Part shown: piece after piece, positions 1 through 34,344 of the stretch
Position numbering within the stretch: position 1 is the first letter of the stretch
How the letters are laid out: every line of letters begins with the position of its first letter
Assembly: GCA_951406725.2 (NCBI GenBank)
Contig: OX597819.1
Location: 54,808,001-54,872,000 of the forward strand
Origin: Octopus vulgaris
Taxonomy: Eukaryota
Direction of reading: 5' to 3'
DNA: 64,000 nt
Position numbers and translations under genes: made by a program
The notes under the pieces: generated by a model
Databases searched by the model: none
Told to the model about the DNA's origin: nothing
The model's input: only the letters and a program-made list of their open reading frames with translations

Positions 1-69
1 TGTAAAAAAAAAAAGTCTAGCGTACATTTGTTTCTGAACATCTGACAAGAAATTGATGAAATGAGTATA

Positions 70-291
70 TATTTCTTTATTGCCCACAAGAGGCTAAACA
101 CAGGGGCGGGGGGAACAAGGACAGACAAAGGGATTAAGTCGATTACATCGACCCCAGTGCGTAACTGGTGCTTTATTTTTCGACCCCGAAAGGATGAAAG
201 GCAAAGTCGACCTTGGCGGAATTTGAACTCAGAACGTAACAGATAAGCATTTCGCCCGGCTCGCTAACGTTTCTGCCAGCTCGGCGCCTTA
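70..291 (-). mobile_element. tRNA-derived SINE, family 1 (paralog at about 33127-33330)
   Basis: Reverse complement of ggcggcgagctggcagaaacgttag...gagttcaaattcc (A/B-box-like); many copies in the window. Confidence 0.8.
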
Positions 292-593
292 AATTGATAA
301 AATGAGTATAGTTTGACAAACTAAAACGATGTTTCCTTTGGATGTAGAGCACGAAACGGCTTAGATGTCTGACATAAAGGTTTAGTTACTAAATGTAAGG
401 TTTCTAGTTCGATTCCTAGTATAACTGTCATAGCATAAAAAATATACTTTTAGACTTTGCATCATCCCTATGAAACCATGAAAAGTTGGCAAAGTTTGAG
501 TAACTTTGTATGAAAAAGACAAAGACATCTAATGATGTGCATTATTGTTCCCATTTCGTGTAGTATTGTTTTAAATAATTTCCTTGCGTATCT

Positions 594-910
594 TTCTTTT
601 ACCTGTTTCAGTCATTGGACTGTGGCCATGCTGGAGCTCCGCTTTGAGGGGTTTTAGTCGAACAGATCAACTCAAGTACTTATAATTTAAAGTGTGGTGG
701 TTATCATAACGGTCTCTTTTGCAGAACTATTAAACTAAGGAGATGTAAACTAACGGACCTCGGTTGTCAAGCGATTGTGGAAGGGGACAAACTCAAAGAC
801 ACTCGCAGATACACTCGATAATCCCGAAAGACTTCTACACAGTTTCCGTTTACCAAATTCACTAATAAGGCTTTGGTCACTCTGGGGCTATAGTAGAAGA
901 CCCAAGGTGC
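594..910 (-). mobile_element. tRNA-derived SINE, family 2, degenerate (paralog at about 33632-33950)
   Basis: Matches the ...ggcaccttgggcaagtgtcttctactatagcc...cagcatggcc family. Confidence 0.7.
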
Positions 911-1303
911 CTATCTATCTATCTATCTATTCTATTCTATTCTATTCTATTCTATTCTATTCGTCTATCAGTCTGTCATTTTGTTTGTCTAATTAACTAT
1001 CATATCCACTTTCCCTTCTGCCGATGTATATACATCTGTTTACTTTCATAATACCGATGAGCATTTAAACTTAATAACAAAAACAAAAAGAATAATGTCA
1101 GTGCTCTAGCATGGCCAAAGAATTTGGACTGGAACCCGTAAAAGATAAAAGTATAACAGCCACAACCATTTGCTACCATTTGTCACTTGAATCTAAACAT
1201 CTGTCGATATATCTTTTAATTTATTGATCTTCGTGGCATTGTTTCATTATACTAAATATTTCGACAATGCCTGTTATTTGAACTCATTATTGTAGAATAT
1301 AGA

Positions 1304-1360
<57 letters not shown>

Positions 1361-1494
1361 CATATACATTTCTACATTAGAGTTATTACCTTCCTTGGCG
1401 TAAGCGTAACACATGGACAAAATTGACAAGAACGGTGATGATGATAATAATGAAAACAACTCAGCACAAACGGTTATAGATAAATTTATTTATT

Positions 1495-1727
1495 TATTTA
1501 TTGCCCACGTGGGGCTGAACATAGTGGGGACAAGCAAGGATAGGAAAAGAGATTAAGTCTATTACATCGACTCCAGTGCATAACTGGTACTTATATAATC
1601 GACGCCGAAAGGATGAAAGGAAAAGTCGACCTCGGCGGAATTTGAACTCAAAACGTAAAACGTAAAGGCAGACGAAATACCGCTAAGCATTTCGCCCTGC
1701 TTGCTTACCATTCTGCCAGCTCGCCGG
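1495..1727 (-). mobile_element. SINE family 1 in the 3'UTR of gene A (paralog at about 35865-36100)
   Basis: Full head-to-tail copy about 25 nt past the stop codon. Confidence 0.8.
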
Positions 1728-1753
1728 TTCGCAGTCCTTTATAGATAGATTTA

Positions 1754-22125
<20,372 letters not shown>

Positions 22126-22175
22126 GGTTGTACACAAATCCTTCCACTTGGGCAGCCAAGTCGAATGGGATCATC

Positions 22176-22183
22176 CTTATATA
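22176..22183 (-). promoter_or_regulatory. TATA box of gene A (TATATAAG)
   Basis: About 50 nt upstream of the ATG and conserved in the paralog. Could alternatively be a splice acceptor (ag) of a 5'UTR intron. Confidence 0.55.
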
Positions 22184-22970
22184 CAGAAAGAGACAGATTG
22201 TTGAATTCACAAAGTTGCAATACCATTTGTATTTAAGCGAAATTCAATTATTAGTTCAACAATAGAAAGCGATAAAGAAAGTTTTTTCTTTAGAAAGACT
22301 AAGATCAATATATTCTGAATGTATCGATCTTAGGCTTTCCAACTGCATAGTATATGTTTTGCTGAGGAAGCATCTTTTTTTTTTTTTTTTTTGCCTTTCT
22401 CAGTTCGTTTTATGGATCACATTCATTCAAATTTCGATTAACCATATTTTACAAAATGTTCGAGTTATCGCCCTTGTTTGTTGTTTGCTGATTTTTTTTT
22501 CTTTCAAACATCTAACGGAGTTTTGCCTAATTGCTTGAATAATCTTTGTTGATCGAGGCTTTTCAACGTTCGTACACCCTTTTTGTTTTTGTATTGATAT
22601 ATCATTCATTCACTTTCACAATGTAATATTATGATTCGATGATGAGGTCTAATAAGACATTTCCTGTGGTTTATTAGAGGTTTCCCTTCTGTTTTCTGCT
22701 ATGAGATTACTTTTATCACTAAGAACTGTATTTGTCGTTGTTACTATTTCCTCTGATCCGACATGAGTTTTGGCTAATTGTCATTAACACTTTCGTGATA
22801 GTACTAGGCTCAGGGTCTTATATACTAGCTCAGACAATTTGATAGAGCACCACTTCTATAATTATAAACAAATAAATGTAGGCAAACGAGACAAAGAAAC
22901 AAACAGAAAAACTAATATCAAGCCTATTTTTTCTGTGGAGTATATATTTGTTTAATGCTGTGTGGGGAGG

Positions 22971-23029
<59 letters not shown>

Positions 23030-23329
23030 GATTAGTCTTTGTCGTATTAAAATGTGTTCATGGAAAACTGGGGATTATACGTAATTAAATTAGTTTACGC
23101 ACTTACGTGTATGCGATGTGTACTTAATCGGATATAGTCCTATATGTACTTACTCGGATATAGATCAACACTTTTAATGAGTATTACTTATTCGGGTGTA
23201 GTCAGGCGCTTTACCAGTGTGGCGAGCGTGTTTACACGCGTTGTGCGAGTGACGCAAGTGACACACAGTTAAAATATATTGTTTCATTCGGAAAATACAA
23301 ATAAAATTTAATGAGTATTACTTACTCAC

Positions 23330-23522
23330 TCGAACTAAACTGCTTAGAGAGAAAGACAAGGAAGATGCTGACTAGACATGGGATACTCCACCCAAAAAGT
23401 GATACAGACAGACTGTATGTACCAAGAAAAGGAGGGAGAAGAGGGCTGACTGGATGCGAACACAGCATTAGAAGCAGAAGAAAACAACTTAGTATGGTAT
23501 GTAAAAAGTGAAACAGAACCGC

Positions 23523-23585
<63 letters not shown>

Positions 23586-24775
23586 AGAGGTAAAATTAAA
23601 TGTATGGACGGGCTAGCGATACCGTCGGGGGAGGTTATGAAGCAAATAGAAGAGATATTGGAAATGGATAAATTGAAGGAGAAAGAAATGATAAAATAAA
23701 TTTAAGGTGGAGTACCTGCGCAGACTGAGACTAATCCTTAAGTCGAAATTAAACGGACAGAATAAAATTGAAGCTATCAACACTTGGGCGGTTTCACTCC
23801 TTAGGGGTAATCGCATCGACAGTAGACAAACTAAACAACCTAGTTAGAAAGACAAGGAAGTTGCTGACTAGATATAACATACTATTGTTTAAAGAAGGTC
23901 AAGCTTGTGTAGGATGGAAAATTGCAAAGGTAAAGCACTGTACAAGCACTTGAGAATGAATGAAGCTGAAAACAGGTGGATAATGAAAGGAACGCATGAG
24001 CAATTTCATAGGGATGTTGAAGATAAGACAGGCAGAGAAAAAAGATGGTTATGGATCACTAGAAGTGATTTAAAACCCAAGAGCAAGCAATAAGAACGAA
24101 TTACATCAAATACAGAATAGACAACACATCAGAAAGTGATACGTGCAGAATTCGGGGACAAAATGATGAAACCGTATGGCATATTACCAGTCAATGTACG
24201 CCACTAGCCCAGAAAGAATATAAGAGACGTTATGACAACATAGCATTGGACACTTTGCAACAAGTATAGACTTGACAGAGCAAAAAAGTGGTACGAACAT
24301 AAACCCGAAGGCATAATCGAAAATGATAATGCAAAGATCCAATAGAATTTTATGATTCAGTGCGACCATGAGATAGAGAATAGGAAACAATACATAGTGT
24401 TAATTGTGAAAGAAAGCAAACGATACTGGATCATAGATATAGCATGCCCAGATGACAACAAGGTATGCGATAAGGAAGAAAGAAAAGTTGATAGGTATGA
24501 CAGGTTAGCCTGGGAGGTTAAGCAGTTGTGGTCGTTGAAAAAGATGGTAGTAGTACCAATAATTGTCGGAGCCCTGGGAACAGTAAGTAAAAATCTTGAG
24601 AAATGCATGGAACAAATAGGGGCTGCAATAAGGATGGAGCACTTGCAGAAAACAGCACTGCTTGGAACCAGTCGAATACTCTGGATGGTGCTCGAAAGAT
24701 AAGAGGTTTTACCTTAGTTCACTGGCAGTGAACAGCTGACGCCCTATACAACACTAGCATTAGAAGCTGTGCAAA
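23330..24775 (+). mobile_element. Degenerate RLE-type non-LTR retrotransposon fragments (R4/Dong-like)
   Basis: HPKSDTDRLYVPRKGGRRGL motif; C-terminal IIDIACPDD...VVPIIVGALG; flanked by (AAT)n and (GAT)n. Confidence 0.85.
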
Positions 24776-24829
<54 letters not shown>

Positions 24830-24834
24830 AATAA

Positions 24835-26705
24835 ATTCTGCATAGCCCTAATACCCCTTACAAGATTCAGCATAGCCCTAATACCCCTTACAAGTGAATT
24901 AAACAGAACAGGGTATGGGTATAAAATTGCCAATAAAAAAATAAGCCATCTATTTTATATGGATGACTTAAAACTTTATGGTAAAGACAATAATGAACTT
25001 GAAGGCCTATTGCGCACCGTGAAAGCATTCAGCGATGACATCGGGATGGAGTTTGGACTTGAGAAGTGTGCCAAGGCCACTTTCCAGAAAGGGAAAGTGA
25101 AGACCACAAATTCAGTCGTGTTAGATGTTGACACAGTCATAAGAGAGCTTGAGCAAGAACAAACATACAAATATTTAGGGATAAATGAAGGCTCTGGTAT
25201 TCAGCATGCAAACATGAAAGAGAAGATCAGGAAGGAATGTTATAGGAGAGTTCGTGCAGTCCTGAAATCTGAACTAAATGCACGTAACACGGTGTTAGCT
25301 ATAAATTCCTTAGCAGTTCCAGTTGTTACTTATAGCTACAATGTGTTGAACTGGAATATGAGTGAAGTAAAGAATATAGATAGAAAAATACGCAAGCTGC
25401 TGAGTTGTAATAGGATGCACCACCCAAAGGCAGACGTAGATCACCTTTACCTTCCCAGAGCCCAAGGAGGTCGAGGCCTGATCCAATTTGAACTAGCTTA
25501 CAAAACAACCACAATTGGACTGGCCAAATATCTCGAAATATCGAATGACTGGATGCTAAAGCTCGTGGAAAATCACGAGAGACGAAAGAAGCTTCATTCT
25601 ATCATAAAGGAAAGCAAAAGATTTGCTATTGATCTCGTGCAGGATACCCAAACTGAACAACCCGAGGGAAATACGGCAACTATTGTTGCAAAGAAGGTGA
25701 AAATGATAGCAATGAAAAAAGCGCACGAGCAATTAGCTGGTAGGTGGGAGGAGAAACCTCTGCACGGCAAATATGTGACCCGCAGCAAACAAGCTGATGT
25801 TGACCAGAAGCAAACCCATCAGTGGCTACGGAGCTCGGGGCTAAAAGCAGAGAGCGAAGGTTTCATCCTGGCTGCTCAAGATCAAAGCCTATTAACCCGG
25901 AACTACCAGGCCAATGTGATGAAAAATGGAGCAGACCCAAAATGCCGATTCTGCAACGACATGATTGAAACAGTGGACCACCTAATCTCTGGATGTAAAG
26001 TCTTAGCACCAGTGGAGTATAAATTAAGACATGACAGAGTTGGCCAATATCTACACTGGCTAATAAGTCGGCATTACAATATCAAAACTGCCGACAAGTG
26101 GTATAATCACCACCCTGAGGCTGTAACGGAAGGAGAAAATGTAACCATTCTGTGGGACTTTCCAGTACATACAGACCGAACCATCAAGGCCAATAAACCA
26201 GATATTGTTGTGAAAGACCAAAACAATAAAGTTTGCTTATTGATCGACATGAGCATCCCCTGTGATCATAATATCTCAGCGAAAGAGTTTGACAAGCTCA
26301 GAAAATATAAAGATCTACTCATTGAATCATTGAAATTGAGAAAATGTGGCATCTCAAGGCGGTTACAATACCAGTGATCGTAGGAGCACTAGGAATGATC
26401 AAGAAGGGAACCGAAAATTATATGAGAATGATTCCTGGCTTACCATCCCTGCAAGAAGTGCAAAAGATTGTCTTAACTGGTACATCAGAGCATTGTCGAT
26501 GTGAGAAGAGCATTGTCGATGTGAGAACTGTTGCTGCTCATGTATTTTAATTTAAATTTAACTTTTTAAACAAAAAAAAAAAAAAAATGAACGAACTACT
26601 GAGTTTGGTTTAATGGCCTACCAATGTATACTATGAGTTTCTTTGCCCTAGGAGTCGGGAAGACACTCGGCAAGAAATGGATGCAAATTTGAAAGAAGAA
26701 AAAAA
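24835..26705 (+). mobile_element. 5'-truncated RLE-type non-LTR retrotransposon (R4/Dong-like), ORF 24959-26377 with a late frameshift
   Basis: RT motif YMDDLKL, KYLG, zinc knuckle CRFC...H...C, RHD, and endonuclease KPDIVV...LIDMSIP. Confidence 0.92.
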
Positions 26706-26719
26706 ACATAATAATAATA

Positions 26720-27880
26720 ACAACAAAACAGGCAAAGGAATATCTAAGTGAATTCCGACTACGTACTCAGTAACAAAACAGGCAAAGGAATATCTAAGTG
26801 AATTCCGACTACAACAAATTTCGGAATTAGAGATAGACATACAAGAAACAAGCACAGAAAAAGCTAAGCGCATGAAAACCCGTGCTAAAATTGCGGCCTT
26901 AGATATTCTGAATGATAAATGGCAAGAAAAACCTCTCTATGGCAAATACCCAAAGAGAGCGAATAATGCAGATATTGACAAAGCCCTGACCCTTCAATGG
27001 CTAATGGCATCTAGCTTAAAATCTGAAACAGAAGGGTTTATCATAGCAGCTCAAGATCAATGCCTACCAACAAGAAACTACCAGGCCAACATATTAAAGA
27101 ACGGCAGTTGCCCAACATGTCGTGTATGTCGACAACAAAATGAAACCTTTGATCATGTTGTCTCCAAGTGCAGTCTTCTAGCGCCTACAGAGTATCTCAA
27201 CAGGCATGATAGAGCTGCACAATATATTCACTGGGTAATTTGCAAAAACCTGGATTTGCCCCATGAAAAAACTGATGGGAACACAAACCACCTCCACTGC
27301 TTGAAAATGACCACATCTCACTCCTCTGGAACTTCACCATTCAAACTGACAGAAAGATAGATGCAAATAGGCCAGACATCATATTGAAAGACTTCAGACA
27401 AAGAACATGCCTCCTTATTGATATGACTGTCCCTATCGATATAAACGTATCTGTCAAGACCTTCTAAAAACTGAGCAAATATAAAGATCTCGAAATAGAA
27501 ATCAGCAAAATGTGGAACCTGAAGACTAAAACGATACCTGTTGTCATAGGTGCCCTGGGAATGATAGCGAAAGGGGCTGATTGCTACCTAACTCAGATAC
27601 CAGGAAACCCCAAATGGCAGAAATTCAAAAGATAGTGTTCATGGGAACTGCTCATATCCTACGCAAAATACTCTATGTAATCTCAAGGTTTAAAACAAAC
27701 AATTTTTGAAAAAATTTATTTATTAGACATTCACTAGTACAACACCAAAAAACCCCAAATATATGGCACACTAGGCATAACAACAACGTGAACTTCCAAC
27801 CTGTTGTCTCTTGAGGTCTCTGGGTGAGACTTGGAGCCAACTTGTACAAACATAAAGCAAAAGTCAAACATAGAATAATA
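26720..27880 (+). mobile_element. 5'-truncated RLE-type non-LTR retrotransposon, different subfamily
   Basis: LKSETEGFIIAAQDQ, CRVC...H...C, RHD, RPDI motifs; (AAT)n tail. Confidence 0.9.
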
Positions 27881-27915
27881 TAATAATAATAACAATAATA
27901 ATAATAATGATGATG

Positions 27916-27967
<52 letters not shown>

Positions 27968-28504
27968 TACACAGATTTGCTTGTCAGTTGTTTGACCTTA
28001 ACCAGGTGACCATGTCCCTTAGTGGCTGACGATATGTGCATCTCTGATCACGAGCAGAAGTAGTGGGGGAGCATCATAGCCATGTGTTGAGAGGAATTCT
28101 TTGGGGTTTGGATAATTCACCTTTGGAAACAGGTGTTTCGTTCAACATCTTTAAACAATCCTTATTCAGGGACCTTTGGAGCGGGATGGGCTACTCGACC
28201 TGAAGAAAATTCTAGATGGGCCCCACCTGCAAGGTCACGCGTTGTTTATCTTAATATGAGATCACCGTGTCGCGCACATACGGTTGTGATGCATGTGCCT
28301 GGTGTACCTTTATCAGACGGGTAGTCATGATGGGTATACTGGACTTCGTATATTTTACCCCAGTGTCACTTTGATGACATGCACTGCACTCTCCCTCAAT
28401 AATAATAATAATAATAATGACAACAACAACAGCAATAGCAGCAGCAACAACAACAACAACAATAAAAGTAAACAACATTTTGCTATCTGATGTTAATATA
28501 TTTA

Positions 28505-28696
28505 TTAATAATCAAGAACAAAATCTAAAGCAGATTGAAGAAAGCTATCCCTAAGTGTGGAATCCATTTTTTTCATGGCGCCCTCATTTGGAATGAATTC
28601 ATGCACATTGAAAGTTCCATGTATGCCAGAGCATGTATCTTCCACAAATAGTATACGTTTTGTGTATCTGAACGCAGACAGTTTGATTCGGTACAA
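28505..28696 (-). CDS. Orphan divergent paralog of terminal exon 6 (LYRIKLSAFRYTKRILFVED...FVLDY*); candidate alternative last exon of gene B or remnant of a third gene
   Basis: 63 codons, ungapped, about 28/63 identical to gene A exon 6; acceptor ctcattctag, phase 0, TAA overlapping AATAAA. Confidence 0.7.
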   Translation of the reverse strand: MYRIKLSAFRYTKRILFVEDTCSGIHGTFNVHEFIPNEGAMKKMDSTLRDSFLQSALDFVLDY

Positions 28697-29167
28697 CTAG
28701 AATGAGATAAAAAGGAATAATCATTGTAATACAAACTTTGATGATCAAATCAGGGTTGAATGGACATTACCTTTCCATGCTAGGTATTTTTTGGGGACGG
28801 TGAAATCAGACTCTGTCGGATTTTACAGAAATTTGAATCATAAAAGAAATGTGGGTAAATTTACCATGTCATATGACAGGTAAGTTTAGAATCAATCACA
28901 ATTCATATTCTCAGTTAGATTTACTAATTTTGATGTTGTTGTTATACAGTGTCAGGGACTTTTGGTTCACAGAATCGTCAGAGCGTTGGACAAAAATGCT
29001 TTGTGGTATATCTTCTGGCTCTTTGTGTTTTGAGTTCAAATGCAGTCAAAGTCAATTTTATCTTTAATGCTTTTAGGGGTCAGTAAAATGTACCAGTCAA
29101 GTACTGATCAGAATTGCTGATCTTGGGGCTAAACTAAAAAAAATATATATCCTAGGATATATTATCA

Positions 29168-29525
29168 TAGGCGTAGGCGTGGTTGTGTGGTAAGAAGCTT
29201 GCTTCTCACCCACATGGTTCCGGGTTCAGTTCCATTGCGTGGCACCTTGGACAAGTGTCTTCTGCTGTAGCCTCGGACCGACCAAAGACTTATCAATGGA
29301 TTTGGTAGAGGGAAACCGAAATCGTATATATATATATGTGTGACAACCGATGCTGGTGTGTTTATGTCCCCGTCACTTAGCGGTTCGGCAAATGTGACCG
29401 ATAGAATAAGTACTGGGCTTACAAAGAATAAGTCCCGGGGTCGAGATGCTCGATTAAAGGCGGTGCTCCAGCATGGCCGCAGTCAAATGACTGAAACAAG
29501 TTAAAGAGTAATAGAGTAAAAGAGT
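29168..29525 (+). mobile_element. SINE family 2
   Basis: Family match. Confidence 0.8.
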
Positions 29526-29863
29526 AAGACAAAACTATTTGATTTTTATATGCACTTTTACGATACTTTTCTTCTATAGATATGTAGCAGATATATGTTG
29601 TTTATAGTGGACTGAGTTGAGTTGACAGAATGTAACGATGAGAGATTGATTTGAGGAACGATATGTGCTTTACATAGAAACCGAAATTTATTTGTACACT
29701 TCAAATTGGTAACGAAATGTATTTATATACATTAAAACATTACCACAGTATTTTTTTTTAGCTTGGAGCTTGGGTATCTTGAGTTTCGTAATTTGTTTTT
29801 CGTTTTTTACTTGCTGGTGGCTGCTCAATATATCGAGTGAGGTTGGTTGCACTTACTATTTTT

Positions 29864-30900
29864 CTAACACTTTATTGTTATTTGAAAGTCGATGGGTATT
29901 TTTGCCACAAACTTCTGCAACAGTGTAAGAACCTGTGCGGCGTTCCGTAAGAGCAGAACTTTATTTCCAATACTGAACTGCTGTTGCTCGTATTTTCTAT
30001 CGCATTGTTCTTTTTGAATGGGCTCAGCTATTCTAATATTGGAGACATCTCGAGAAATCATACTATCCCGGATAGCTGTCATAACATCAATTTTTCTGGA
30101 TACAGCTTGATCATTTCCAAAATTGTCGCGATCTTTGGCAGTTGGGATGTGCTGTAGTTCAACTGGGAGTGTAGCTTTCTTGTTGTATAAAATTTGATAC
30201 GGGATAAAATATGTTGAAGAATTTTTGGCTGTTCGACACGTATTCATCCCAGTTGCCACGGTCCTCAAAGGATTTGATAAAATCATCTTTTATAGTCCAG
30301 TTCAGTTGCTCCATGAGACCATTTGCTTGAGGATGATAAGCACTTGTTATGTTCTGCTGTGTTCGTGTTCCTGTCAGTTTATGTAGTTCAGTAGACACTC
30401 TGTTTACGAATTCTCTTCCTTGGTTATTTATCTGGATTTTTTTTACAGCCATGCCGACAAATAACATCGTCAAAGAGAAATTTCCCACTCTCTCCGCTGT
30501 GTGATATTTCAAAGGTCGAGCCTCATGCCATTTGGTAAGGTGATCCATTGCAACAACAATGTAACAATAACCATTATCTGTTTTCGGCAATTTGGTGATA
30601 TCGACACCAATTTGAGCCATCGCTTCATTTGGCACAGGAATGGGATGAAGCTCTCCAACATTAATTTTGTGAACATGATTCATTTTTGACACCGATCACA
30701 AGACAAAACGAACTCTTTTGTGTCTTTTCTCACACTTTTCCAACAAAACCTCTCTAAAAGTTTACCCCTTGTTCTGTCGACACCAAGATGACTTCACAAG
30801 CGGCGGACAGTACCACTATCTCCACAGCCCATGTGGATACTTGAAATAATACTCTTCTGTTCATCCGGATTGCGAATGACTAAGACTTCTCTGTATTCAT
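29864..30900 (-). mobile_element. Degenerate Gypsy-type LTR retrotransposon integrase
   Basis: HLGVDRT...CDRCQK zinc-binding region, IGVDI, YIVVAMDHLTKW, NQGREF, TSAYHPQANGLME; frameshifted. Confidence 0.88.
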
Positions 30901-31619
30901 TTCAGAATTTCTTATTCTCTCTCTGCTCTATGACACTAGTAAAGTTGACCACTCCGTGTAGCATAATGCTTATCTAGAGCCTACATAGGTTTGCCTCTTC
31001 GTTATGGGACATATAAGGTCTATATTTATTGTTAACAACATAGACAAATATCAAATCAATGTTGTCAGCTTTGTCCTATGTACTAGGTACCAGTGACATC
31101 GCAACTCATTTCTACAGCTGAGTGAACTGGAGCAACGTGAAATAAAGTGTCTTGCTCAAGAACACAACACACAGCCCAGTCCGGGAATCGAACTCATTAT
31201 TTCACGGTTTGGAATTTCTAAAAGTTTCTAGATAGTGTAAACTTTAGTAATTACTTTCTCTAAGTAAAAGCTGCATTTACCAAACTAATTAGCACTTTCT
31301 TTCATTATAATATATATACATATACATACATATATAATTTATTCAATACACACACACACATATATGTATACATATATAGGTATGTATGCGTGTATGTATA
31401 TGTGTGTATGTGTATGTATACATACATAGATATACAGTATTATATATACAGTTGTGTGTATGTGTATATGTCACAGGCACGCGTCCACCTACCCACATGC
31501 ACACAGAGCCTCTCTCACCTATCCGGCAGATTACCGTCACACATCTATACATACACATAGGCACATTATACATACGCACACATGTTTTCGTAAATGCGGC
31601 TGGTTCTTCATTATCTCTT

Positions 31620-32032
31620 TTACTCTTTTACGTGTTTCAGTCAATTGACTGTGGCCATGCTGGAGCACCGCCTTTAGTCGAGCAAATCGACCCCAGGACT
31701 TATTCTTTTTTAGCCTAGTACTTATTCTATAGGTCTCTTTTGCCGAACCGCGAAATTATGGGGACGTAAACACACCAGCATCGGTTGTCAAGTGATGTGT
31801 GTGGGGGGGGGGGGGACAAACACAGACACACAAACATATACACACACATACACATATATATACATATATACGACGGGCTCCTTTCAGTTTCCGTCCACCA
31901 AATTCACTCACAAGGCTTTGGTCGGCCCGAGGCTATAGTAGAAGACACTTGCCCAAGGTGCCACGTAGTTGGACTGAACCCGGAGCAATGTGGTTGGTAA
32001 GCAAGCTACTTACCACACAGCCACTCCTGCGC
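31620..32032 (-). mobile_element. SINE family 2
   Basis: Full-length family match. Confidence 0.85.
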
Positions 32033-33949
32033 CCGATGTGTTTATCGGTTTGTGTTATAGTTTTTATGAATGTTCTTTTATTCATTTTTAATGTCTTCAT
32101 TCCTTCGAAACATACATTATTTTTAACAATATACATTTTACACCTATTGTTCATGGCTTTTCGTTTCTCTACGAGCAACTCTTTATGCTCTTACAATACC
32201 ATAAATGGTTTTTCTGTTAATGGTGAATCAAAATTATCCATCCAGCTGATACACGATTTCTATAGTTTACACCATTGGCGAGGGAATCAGTTATTGTAAG
32301 AACATATGTTTTGCACATTGTTTTACAATCTTAAGTCCAATATAATAAGATATGTCTATAGAATATGTAGTGAATACTTCTTGTATGTATTCCCACGTAA
32401 AAATTATTAAATTGTGAATTGTTTACTAAGAATATGATATAAAGCTGTATGGAAAAGTTCTTTTACTAGTTTGGAAGTAAATAGAAATTTCTTTTCTCGA
32501 CGTAACTCGTGCAGCGTATTGTCCTTTCATGTTCGAATGTACACGAACATGTAAAATATGACTGCATATCTACATTTCATTCAATGCTGTTTAATGCACA
32601 TCCGATTAATTTATTCAGCTTGACAAAAGTACTGTTTGCTGTCCTAAGAACGACCAGCTCTTAGCAGCCACGAATGACAGTTCGGTAAACGTAGCTGATG
32701 AAGCGTAACAATGCAGAAACTCTTGTGTCCTACGGTCCGCTGACGTCATTCAAGCTCTACTGGTGTGACGTCATTCGTGGCCTAATAGTGTGCTTATACC
32801 CACATTGTCTACAAGATATTCTTCTCGCGAGACAATTCGTGCAGCGTGTTGTCCTTCCATGTCTGAGTGTCATACTGTGAAGTATGAAGTACAGCTATAG
32901 AGAAATTTATTTATTTTAACGTTTCAAAGACAATAATAAAATATGTGATAAACGAAATTACAGAAAACTGTTGCGATGAAACTTAGATAAAAAGGGGAAA
33001 AGGCAATTGTAGTGAAACTTGGGTAAAAACAAAACCAAAAACATAATGAAAATTTTATTGTAAAAAAAATGTCTAGCGTACATTTGTTTTTGAACATCTG
33101 ACAAGAAATTGATAAAATGAGTATATATTTCTTTATAGCCCACGAGGGGCTAAACACAGGGGGGACAAACAAAGACAGACAAAGGGATTAAGTCGATTAC
33201 ATCGATCCCAGTGCGTAACTGGTACTTTATTTATCGACCCCGAAAGGATGAAAGGCGGAATTTGAACTCAGAACGTAACAGATAAGCATTTCGCCCGGCT
33301 CGCTAACGTTTCTGCCAGCTTGCCGCCTTAAATTGATAAAATGAGTATAGTTTGACAAACTAAAACGATGTTTCCTTTGGATGTAGAGCACGAAACAGCT
33401 TAGATGTTTGACATAAAGGTTTAGTTACTAAATGTAAGGTTTCTAGTTCGATTCCTAGTATAACTGTCATAGCATAAAAAATATACTTTTAGACTTTGCA
33501 TCATCCCTATGAAACCATGAAAAGTTGGCAAAGTTTGAGTTACTTTGTATGAAAAAGACAAAGACATCTAATGATGTGCATTATTGTTCCTATTTCGTGT
33601 AGTATTGTTTTAAATAATTTCCTTGCGTATCTTTCTTTTACCTGTTTCAGTCATTGGACTGTGGCCATGCTGGAGCTCCGCTTTGAGGGGTTTTAGTCGA
33701 ACAGATCAACTCCAGTACTTATTTTTTAAAGTGTGGTGGTTATCATAACGGTCTCTTTTGCAGAACTATTAAATTAAGGAGATGTAAACTAACGTACCTC
33801 GGTTGTCAAGCGATTGTGGAAGGGGACAAACTCAAAGACACTCGCAGATACACTCGATATACCCGAAAGACTTCTACACAGTTTCCGTCTACCAAATTCA
33901 CTAATAAGGCTTTGGTCACCCTGGGGCTATAGTAGAAGACCCAAGGTGC

Positions 33950-34021
<72 letters not shown>

Positions 34022-34344
34022 TCTATTCTATTCTTATCTATTCTATTCTAGTCTATCTGTCTGTCATTTTGTTTGTCTAATTAACTATCATATCCACTTT
34101 CCCCTCTGCCGATGTATATACATCTGTTTACTTTCATAATACCGATGAGCATTTAAACTTAATAACAAAAACAAAAAGAATAATGTCAGTGCTCTAGCAT
34201 GGCCAAAGAATTTGGATTGGAACACGTAAAAGATAAAAGTATAACAGCCACAACTATTTGCTACCATTTGTCACTTGAATCTAAACATCTGTCGATATAT
34301 CTTTTAATTTATTGATCTTCGTGGCATTGTTTCATTATAGTAAA

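Noticed and set aside
24959-26377. 472-aa ORF as a host gene or active retroelement
   Set aside because: It starts mid-RT (at YMDD), is 5'-truncated and is frameshifted near the end.
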